Shown one piece after another: positions 33,623 through 39,265 of a DNA stretch of 39,265 bases (positions are counted from its first letter, which is position 1; each line of letters starts with the position of its first letter). A program made the translations under genes and the position numbers. The notes beneath the pieces were generated by a model, which saw only the letters and a list, made by a program, of their open reading frames with translations, was not told the DNA's origin and did not search any database. This stretch comes from Candidatus Taylorbacteria bacterium RIFCSPHIGHO2_02_FULL_44_12 (GTDB lineage Bacteria > Patescibacteriota > Minisyncoccia > Phycocordibacterales > PALSA-1337): assembly GCA_001822575.1 (NCBI GenBank), contig MHRM01000001.1, positions 24,755 through 64,019 of the forward strand. Reading direction: 5' to 3'.

Positions 33623-33889
33623 TCATGTGACTGTAATTTTCAATCCCAGTCCCGAAGTAATTTTTTGAAGAAAAGATAAGGTAGGATTTGTTCTGCCAGA
33701 TTCAAATCTGGCGAGGGCCGATTGGGCAATACCAAGCTTTTGAGCCAATTGTTTTTGAGTGAGTTTTTTCTCAATACGAGCCTTGACTAGTGCGTTGTAG
33801 ATCTTGAATTCAACTTCAAGACTATCATACACTTTCTTTTTGGCTGGATCACTAAGAAACTCCACCATAGATTGTTTGAATGTTTTCAT
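33623..33889 (-). CDS. XRE-family helix-turn-helix protein (HigA-like antitoxin)
   Basis: The HTH is LTQKQLAQKLGIAQSALARFESGRTNPTLSFLQKI. 88 aa. Confidence 0.8.
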   Translation of the reverse strand: MKTFKQSMVEFLSDPAKKKVYDSLEVEFKIYNALVKARIEKKLTQKQLAQKLGIAQSALARFESGRTNPTLSFLQKITSGLGLKITVT

Positions 33890-33896
33890 AATTTCA

Positions 33897-33902
33897 ATTA
33901 TA
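33897..33902 (-). promoter_or_regulatory. -10-like TATAAT 7 nt upstream of the XRE gene start (leaderless-type arrangement)
   Basis: The minus strand reads tatataat tgaaatt ATG. Confidence 0.4.
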
Positions 33903-33918
33903 TAACATGTATGTTATA

Positions 33919-34142
33919 TTAAGCAATCTTGATAACTTTCTTTTGAATTCTTCTTGCATGATCAATGTCTCTTACACTTATTTTCCACACTTTCTTTACA
34001 AAACCATGAATTAAGTACGCTTTATTTTTATGGAAAATATATAAGATTCTAATCTTTAACAATTTCTAGTGCGAGAAGCAGTTAAATCATCAAGATTATT
34101 GATAAATTTATCAACCTTTTCGTTCCAATAAATGATTTCCAT
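33919..34142 (-). pseudogene. decayed Gp49/HigB(RelE)-like toxin gene
   Basis: The minus strand reads MEIIYWNEKVDKFINNLDDLTASRTRNC then a stop. After a frame change it reads AYLIHGFVKKVWKISVRDIDHARRIQKKVIKIA then a stop. N- and C-terminal signatures of this toxin family are present, with one nonsense codon, one frameshift and a shortened middle. Confidence 0.5.
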
Positions 34143-34173
34143 TTAGACACAATACACTATATTCATCATGTTG

Positions 34174-34247
34174 TGCGCCCAGTTGGATTCGAACCAACGA
34201 CCCTCTGCTTAAAAGGCAGGTGCTCTACCGGGCTGAGCTATGGGCGC
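34174..34247 (-). tRNA. tRNA-Lys (anticodon UUU)
   Basis: 74 nt: GCGCCCA TA GCTC AGCCCGGTA GAGC A CCTGC CTTTTAA GCAGA GGGTC GTTGG TTCGAAT CCAAC TGGGCGC A. Full cloverleaf with one 27:43 mismatch. CCA is not encoded. Confidence 0.9.
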
Positions 34248-34287
34248 ATGTCGCAACATCATTACATTTTTCAATATAGACTACAAA

Positions 34288-34361
34288 CTATATTTTATTA
34301 AATTCATCTACCGACAAACCAGCCTGCTTCACAACGATATTGTATAGTGTTCCTATAAGTA
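34288..34361 (-). pseudogene. possible remnant of a HicA toxin C-terminus
   Basis: Directly after hicB, the minus strand encodes LILIGTLYNIVVKQAGLSVDEFNKI then a stop. This resembles the conserved HicA C-terminal GTL..IlkQAGl motif. No start codon or N-terminal half is present. Confidence 0.3.
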
Positions 34362-34610
34362 TTAGGCAATTTTGGGAATAAATAACTTTAGATAAGTACC
34401 TTCTGTTTGAAATGCAGGTTTTGGCACCTCGTGTTGTGTTTTTGCTAGCATTTCCAAATAACCCAAAGCTGCTTCTTTGACATTGGATTCTGCTTCAGCA
34501 AAAGAGTCTCCAAAAGAAGATACATGGTTTAATTCTGGGACAGTGGCTGTAACCTGGGCTGTTTCCTTGTCTATTTCATATTCAATTCTGTATTCTACAT
34601 TTTTTGACAT
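34362..34610 (-). CDS. hicB: HicB-family antitoxin (UPF0150-like)
   Basis: 82 aa. ATVPELNHVSSFGDSFAEAESNVKEAALGYLEML is typical of the HicB N-terminal domain. Confidence 0.7.
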   Translation of the reverse strand: MSKNVEYRIEYEIDKETAQVTATVPELNHVSSFGDSFAEAESNVKEAALGYLEMLAKTQHEVPKPAFQTEGTYLKLFIPKIA

Positions 34611-34658
34611 AATTGAAATATAGTATTTTTTTTGCAGAAAATCAAGCAGGAGTTGATA

Positions 34659-35021
34659 TTACAACGGCAGATCAAAAGAGAAAGATCCGGGACCAGTCAG
34701 GAGTATAGAGATTGCCATGACCAGAAGAAGCAAGTAATAATTGACACCGTCGGAAAGGAATGTTCGTTCGCGAATCTTGAAAATCAAGCGGACTAGCATG
34801 TCTATAATCACGACCAGAGCCGCTGCTTGTGTCCATAGTCCTATCAAGACGAATGCTCCGGCTAGAGTCTCAATGACGGCGATGATTTTGCTATTCGTAT
34901 CAGTTTTTTTGTTTGAAAGTACTTTGTAAGTCGAAAACAGCAAAACCGCGCTCAAAGAGAGGCGGATAAACAATGGTGAGAGCTGATTCCAAGAGAGAAG
35001 AGTGGGGAATAAAGACAACAT
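34659..35021 (-). CDS. DoxX-like four-helix membrane protein
   Basis: Four hydrophobic helices ending in LLTGPGSFSFDLPL. Start at Met41 (35021) avoids overlap with the mutM 3-prime end. Confidence 0.5.
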   Translation of the reverse strand: MLSLFPTLLSWNQLSPLFIRLSLSAVLLFSTYKVLSNKKTDTNSKIIAVIETLAGAFVLIGLWTQAAALVVIIDMLVRLIFKIRERTFLSDGVNYYLLLLVMAISILLTGPGSFSFDLPL

Positions 35022-35044
35022 TGAACAAATGATAACATAAAAAA

Positions 35045-35968
35045 TCAAACAGACAATATTTGGTGTTTGTTGCAAAAGTGAGTACCGCGACCACCCAGAA
35101 CGATACGCATAATAGTGCCACTGCAGTTTGGTTTGGAACATTTTGTGCCCGTCTTCCTGTAAGCTCTATGATGTTCTTGGAAAAAGCCTTTCCCTCCATG
35201 AATGTTGCGATAGTCCGACATAGAGTCTCCGCCGAGATCTATGCCTCTGGCAAGGGTTTTCTTTATGGCCAGGAAGAGAATCTTGAGTTTGGGTTCTCCA
35301 ATATTCTTGACTTGTTCAGCCGGGTGTATGCCCGCTTGCCAGAGCGACTCATCAGCGTAAATATTTCCGATTCCGGCGATGATATTTTGGTCCATAATGA
35401 CTTGTTTTATCTTTGCCTGTGAACGAGTCATCAATCTCTCTTTGAATTTATCAAATACAAAACCTTTTTCCAGAGGTTCTGGTCCTATCAAATTCAAGTG
35501 TTTGGAGCTGTGGTGGGGAATCTCATTGATCAAGGTTACCTTCGCGAATCTCCTCATATCGGATAGGACAAGACATTTGCCGTTGGACAAAGTAAAGGCC
35601 AAGCGAATGAAGCGGTTGAAGGGATCTTTTAGAGGTTGAGGTCTAATCGGAATCCACGGTTCTTTCTTTTTTCTTGAATCAAAATGGTATTTTCCATAGA
35701 GAAGATGCCCAGTCATCTTCATGTGAATCAAAATAACCGATTTATTATTTAGATGTATCAGAATATTTTTGGCTCTACGGGATATCGAAGTTATCTTGGA
35801 CCCGATTACTTTTTTCTTGAAACTCTTGAAATAGTCGGGATCTTTGATCGTTTCGGAACCATGGAAATATTCGCTGTTATAACTTGACCAAACATTCTCG
35901 ACGACCAACCCAATGACACACTTCTTCAAACCATTTACGGTTGTTTGTACTTCTGGCAATTCTGGCAT
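35045..35968 (-). CDS. mutM: formamidopyrimidine-DNA glycosylase (Fpg/MutM)
   Basis: Canonical N-terminus MPELPEVQTTV at 35968, with H2TH and C-terminal zinc finger CSKPNCSGTIMRIVLGGRGTHFC. The 78 codons upstream in the ORF track are a spurious extension. Confidence 0.9.
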   Translation of the reverse strand: MPELPEVQTTVNGLKKCVIGLVVENVWSSYNSEYFHGSETIKDPDYFKSFKKKVIGSKITSISRRAKNILIHLNNKSVILIHMKMTGHLLYGKYHFDSRKKKEPWIPIRPQPLKDPFNRFIRLAFTLSNGKCLVLSDMRRFAKVTLINEIPHHSSKHLNLIGPEPLEKGFVFDKFKERLMTRSQAKIKQVIMDQNIIAGIGNIYADESLWQAGIHPAEQVKNIGEPKLKILFLAIKKTLARGIDLGGDSMSDYRNIHGGKGFFQEHHRAYRKTGTKCSKPNCSGTIMRIVLGGRGTHFCNKHQILSV

Positions 35969-36004
35969 AGGTTCACTATAGCAATGGGTTATAATAAATG
36001 GAAC

Positions 36005-37021
36005 ATGCGTCACATCCTTATTGCGCTTCTTTCTACGACCATCTTCGGCGGAATCTGGTTTGCGGATCGCTATCCGGATCAGACTGGCTATATTATCCGA
36101 ACAGTTATTGACGGGGGTGTTCAGTTGGCCGCCGCCATAGCCCACAAACCAAAAACCGTGGCGGGACTGAAGTCTGCTTACGACAGAGCCGAACAAAATC
36201 AAGAAAAAATAAGAATTCTAATAGTGCCTGGTCATGAGCCGGATTATGGGGGTACAGAATTTAAAAAGATTATAGAACGGGACTTGAATGTCGTCCTGGC
36301 TGATCATTTGCTCGGTTTCATGGGCCAGAATAAAAAGTATCAAGTGTTCACAACAAGAACAAAAGAGGGTTGGTCTCCAGAGTTCTCTGATTATTTTAAG
36401 AATCAATGGGACAGCATAGTTTCGTGGCGGGCGGCTATCCGAGAACAAAAAACCACCATGATCGCGGCTGGGACTCATTCGCGCATGGAACCAGCTATTA
36501 AACACAATGATATTCCAAGAAATGTGGCCTTGAGACTTCATGGAATAAATAAATGGGCCAATGAAAATGATATTGATATTGTCATTCATATTCACTTCAA
36601 TGATTATCCGGGGCATCCAAAAAACATTGCCGGTAAACATTCGGGTTTTGCTATATACATTCCAGAAAATCAGTATCAAAACAGCACCTCTACTCGGGCT
36701 GTGGCGGAGGCTATATTCAGGAGACTGGAAGAGCACACCCCGGTCAGCACTCTTTCCGGCGAATCCAATGGCATAATAGAAGATCCAGATCTGATCGCTA
36801 TTGGAGCGGATGATTCTGCTAACGCGGCCAGCATGCTCATAGAATATGGTTATATTTACGAACCGCAATTTGCCGATCCGGTGGATCGCGACCCTGTTCT
36901 GAAGGATTTGGCTTTCCAAACATATCTTGGCATTAAAGATTTCTTTGACCCATCGGCAAATGCCAGACTTTATAATGATACGAGCATTTCGCCATATATT
37001 TGGAGCAAACCTATACAGTAA
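36005..37021 (+). CDS. probable N-acetylmuramoyl-L-alanine amidase (Amidase_3-like) with N-terminal membrane anchor
   Basis: ILIVPGHEPDYGGTEF, DIVIHIHFNDYPGH and SGFAIYIPE fit the zinc-ligand pattern of Amidase_3. TM segment is ILIALLSTTIFGGIWF. Start 36005 or 35984. Confidence 0.55.
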   Translation: MRHILIALLSTTIFGGIWFADRYPDQTGYIIRTVIDGGVQLAAAIAHKPKTVAGLKSAYDRAEQNQEKIRILIVPGHEPDYGGTEFKKIIERDLNVVLADHLLGFMGQNKKYQVFTTRTKEGWSPEFSDYFKNQWDSIVSWRAAIREQKTTMIAAGTHSRMEPAIKHNDIPRNVALRLHGINKWANENDIDIVIHIHFNDYPGHPKNIAGKHSGFAIYIPENQYQNSTSTRAVAEAIFRRLEEHTPVSTLSGESNGIIEDPDLIAIGADDSANAASMLIEYGYIYEPQFADPVDRDPVLKDLAFQTYLGIKDFFDPSANARLYNDTSISPYIWSKPIQ

Positions 37022-38276
37022 ACAACTTTTTCAATTCTTCCCGTGCGACAGCGGCATCACTCCAGGGAGTTTTTTTACCATTTGGACCCATGATATATGG
37101 GTCTGTGCCCTTACCGGTAATCAAAACAGTGTCGCCGATTTCAGCCCTTTTCAGGGCTTCAGCTATGGCTTGGCGACGATCCATGATGATTGTTGGTTTT
37201 TTGGAAGTGATTCCCTCGGCTACATCGGCTACTATTTTATTTGGTTCTTCGTCGTAGGGATCTTCATCAGTCAATATGATCTCATCGCAATATGTGTCGG
37301 CGATCGCTCCCATAGTTAGCCTTTTCCAGGTGTCGCGTCCACCACCGGTGCCGCCTAGGACACAAATATTTCTGGAATTTTGAAAGACTTGATAGAGTTT
37401 TTCTAGTGAATCTGGGGTGTGGGCATAGTCCACTATAACTGTGAATGGAGCGCCCTCTATCCTCTCTACTCGGCCGGGGATACCGTCAAATTTTTCCAAA
37501 GCGCGGACGATAATGTCGTCGGACACTTCTTGGCTGGCGGCCGCGGCCGCGGCCGCCAAAATATTATAGAGGTTAAATAACCCCGACAGAGGCGAATAGA
37601 CTGATTGACCGGCTCTACTAAAACGCAATCCCTCTTTTAGGACTTCGTAAGGTTCGGCGTCTCGGACGCTATAAGTGATCTTCTGATCTGCCAGACAGAC
37701 CAAGAAGCGGCCGCTTTCTGGATCATCGGCGTTCGCTATGATAGTTCGGTTTTTCTTTTTGGAGTGTCCTAGACCATGAGCGATACAGACTTTGGCTTCA
37801 ATATATTTTTGATACGAGCCGTGGGCTTCTACGTGTTCGGGGGAAATATTGGTAACGATCAATGCGTCAAGTTGGACGAAACGATGTCGGTGCATAGAAG
37901 CTCCTTGCGATGTCATTTCCAAAATAGCATAGTCACATCCAGCTCTAACAGCCTTGTTCAGAAATCCTTGAATGAATAGCCTTCCAGGCATACTCATTTT
38001 GTATAGGTTTTCAGAAGAATCTTCAGCGATTTTGAAGCGGATGGTGTTGGAAAGGGCTGTCTTGTAGCCAGCCTCTTCCAATATAGCGTTCAAAATCTCG
38101 GCTGTGGAACTTTTGCCCTTGGTGCCGGTGATACCTATGATCTTAATCTTTCTGGAAGGGAAGCGGTATATCAGAGCGGCGGCAAAAGCCAAAGTAAGAT
38201 GATATATAGGCTGAAAAAAAGCAAATATTTTTGAGGGTATCAGGCGACGGATCTTGGAAAGGATAAGATCTAGCAT
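37011..38276 (-). CDS. murE: Mur ligase, MurE-like (UDP-MurNAc-tripeptide synthetase)
   Basis: P-loop is GITGTKGKSST. Also DYAHTPDSLEKL and ILTDEDPYDE. It lacks a long N-terminal domain. Confidence 0.8.
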   Translation of the reverse strand: MLDLILSKIRRLIPSKIFAFFQPIYHLTLAFAAALIYRFPSRKIKIIGITGTKGKSSTAEILNAILEEAGYKTALSNTIRFKIAEDSSENLYKMSMPGRLFIQGFLNKAVRAGCDYAILEMTSQGASMHRHRFVQLDALIVTNISPEHVEAHGSYQKYIEAKVCIAHGLGHSKKKNRTIIANADDPESGRFLVCLADQKITYSVRDAEPYEVLKEGLRFSRAGQSVYSPLSGLFNLYNILAAAAAAASQEVSDDIIVRALEKFDGIPGRVERIEGAPFTVIVDYAHTPDSLEKLYQVFQNSRNICVLGGTGGGRDTWKRLTMGAIADTYCDEIILTDEDPYDEEPNKIVADVAEGITSKKPTIIMDRRQAIAEALKRAEIGDTVLITGKGTDPYIMGPNGKKTPWSDAAVAREELKKLFTV

Positions 38277-38282
38277 TGGAGA

Positions 38283-38858
38283 TTATGAACCGAGTATCTT
38301 GAGGGCCGCCTTGACCTTGGCGCTCGTGTCGGAAATGTTTTTGTCAATCTTCTTCAGTGCCTGACGAGCCTCATCAGAATCATAACCAAGAGCCTTGAGA
38401 GCAGATATGGTATCGGCGTCGCTAGACATGCCGACAGAGGTGTCTTCACCGTCAACAACGCTTCCCAATTTGTCTTTGAGTTCCAGGACGATCTTTTCGG
38501 CGGTTTTTCGGCCAAGGCCGGAGACCTTGACTAGATGAGAGACGGATCCGGCCCGAACAGCACTAACGATAGCGTCGCTGGAAGCAACAGACATGATATT
38601 CAAGGCGGATTTTGGGCCGATACCGGAGACGCTTATCAACAATTCAAAGAATCCCTTCTCTTTCCTGGAAGCAAATCCATATAAGTCCAGGGCGTTCTCG
38701 CGCACGGCTAGGTACGTCCACAGGGTGGTTTGATTGCCGATCTTGAGACTGTGCAAAGTGTCATCGGTCACGAAGACTTTGTAGCCGATACCTTGAATAT
38801 TGACGACCACATGCCGGTCGCCACATTCTATTATCGGTCCATTTATAAGCGAAATCAT
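38283..38858 (-). CDS. ruvA: Holliday junction DNA helicase subunit RuvA
   Basis: MISLINGPIIECGDRHVVVNIQGIGYKVFV, the HhH motifs GIGPKSA and GLGRKTAEKI, and a C-terminal domain ALKALGY. The ORF-track extension to 39116 overlaps rpsT and is spurious. Confidence 0.9.
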   Translation of the reverse strand: MISLINGPIIECGDRHVVVNIQGIGYKVFVTDDTLHSLKIGNQTTLWTYLAVRENALDLYGFASRKEKGFFELLISVSGIGPKSALNIMSVASSDAIVSAVRAGSVSHLVKVSGLGRKTAEKIVLELKDKLGSVVDGEDTSVGMSSDADTISALKALGYDSDEARQALKKIDKNISDTSAKVKAALKILGS

Positions 38859-38928
38859 TCCGCCATGATAGCGAAGTTTCTTTACTTTTACCAACGGTCG
38901 TGGTAAGTTTTTTGACACACTGGATAAT

Positions 38929-39198
38929 ATGCCTATCACTTCTTCAGCCAAAAAAGCTCTGCGCGCTTCAAAGAAAAAGCACATTTTCAATATGCGTCGC
39001 AAGGGGGCCATAGACAAAAACCTCAAAGAGTTTCGTCGTCTTATCTTGGCCAAAGACAAGGACGTCGCCAGCAAACTGATACCTTCCATATACCAAGCCT
39101 TGGACAAGGCGGCCAAAACAGGCTACATCAAATCTAATACATCTTCTCGTCTCAAGTCTCGTATTATGAGAGCCAGAAAAAAGCTTGATAATGTTTGA
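38929..39198 (+). CDS. rpsT: 30S ribosomal protein S20
   Basis: MPITSSAKKALRASKKKHIFNMRRK ... LDKAAKTGYIKSNTSSRLKSRIMR. Confidence 0.9.
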   Translation: MPITSSAKKALRASKKKHIFNMRRKGAIDKNLKEFRRLILAKDKDVASKLIPSIYQALDKAAKTGYIKSNTSSRLKSRIMRARKKLDNV

Positions 39199-39265
39199 GT
39201 GAGAGGAATCGGTCACGAGTCCTCGCCTGCTGGCTCGGCTCGCGACCCCGACTCGCTCGCCTAGA

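Noticed and set aside
35969-36202. 78-codon N-terminal extension of the mutM ORF.
   Set aside because: Fpg enzymes require the processed N-terminal Pro of MPELPEV as the catalytic residue. The extension also overlaps the divergent amidase gene.
38859-39116. 86-codon N-terminal extension of the ruvA ORF, and ORF 38968-39216 (minus).
   Set aside because: Both overlap the well-supported rpsT gene on the opposite strand. RuvA homology begins at MISLINGPI.
22860-39227. Shared 7-mer CCTCGCC in three GC-rich hairpin regions (22860-22866, 28199-28205, 39221-39227) as evidence for one repeat family.
   Set aside because: It is too short. About one such hit is expected by chance in the window, and no extended similarity surrounds the 7-mer.
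1-39265. Possible alternative genetic code (UGA recoding, as in some CPR lineages) and possible CRISPR arrays.
   Set aside because: All conserved genes (dnaA, dnaN, polA, ruvB, PBP and others) are full length under the standard code and several end in TGA. No regularly spaced short direct repeats were seen anywhere.

Overview
This is about 39 kb of gene-dense bacterial chromosome, roughly 40 percent GC by eye. It reads with the standard code: conserved genes are intact using TGA, TAA and TAG as stops. The window covers the replication-origin neighbourhood, with yidC-rnpA-rpmH on the minus strand and dnaA, a DnaA-box/AT-rich spacer and dnaN on the plus strand. It also holds repair and replication genes (ruvC-ruvB, ruvA, polA, mutM, a holA-like gene), cell-wall genes (class A PBP, FemX-like transferase, murE, an amidase), tsaE, rpsT, one tRNA-Lys(UUU) and a PilB/GspE ATPase. 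A Gram-positive-style T4SS-like block is present: a PrgI-like protein, a VirB4 split by a single in-frame TAA, a T4SS-pilin-like protein and several secreted or membrane proteins. Gene content suggests a reduced-genome Patescibacteria/CPR-like organism, but that is inference only. The standout is a compact RiPP locus at 3092-6217. One 736-aa polypeptide fuses a PqqD-like recognition domain, a SagB-type dehydrogenase and a YcaO cyclodehydratase. It is followed by a 43-codon ORF (5337-5468), too short for the ORF track, with a Cys/Gly/Thr-rich C-terminus, and then by an HExxH peptidase. Other items worth a second look:
- Two related long-hairpin elements (31- and 34-bp perfect stems, identical 15-nt loop motif), both oriented with local transcription, plus further GC-rich palindromic intergenic elements.
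- Perfect TATAAT boxes 5-7 nt upstream of many start codons, suggesting leaderless mRNAs.
- Intact antitoxins beside decayed toxin genes around the tRNA.
- A NUDIX gene broken at a homopolymer.
- A tandemly duplicated gene module.
- GC-rich lipoprotein and secreted-protein genes.
No CRISPR array, rRNA, transposase or integrase was seen.
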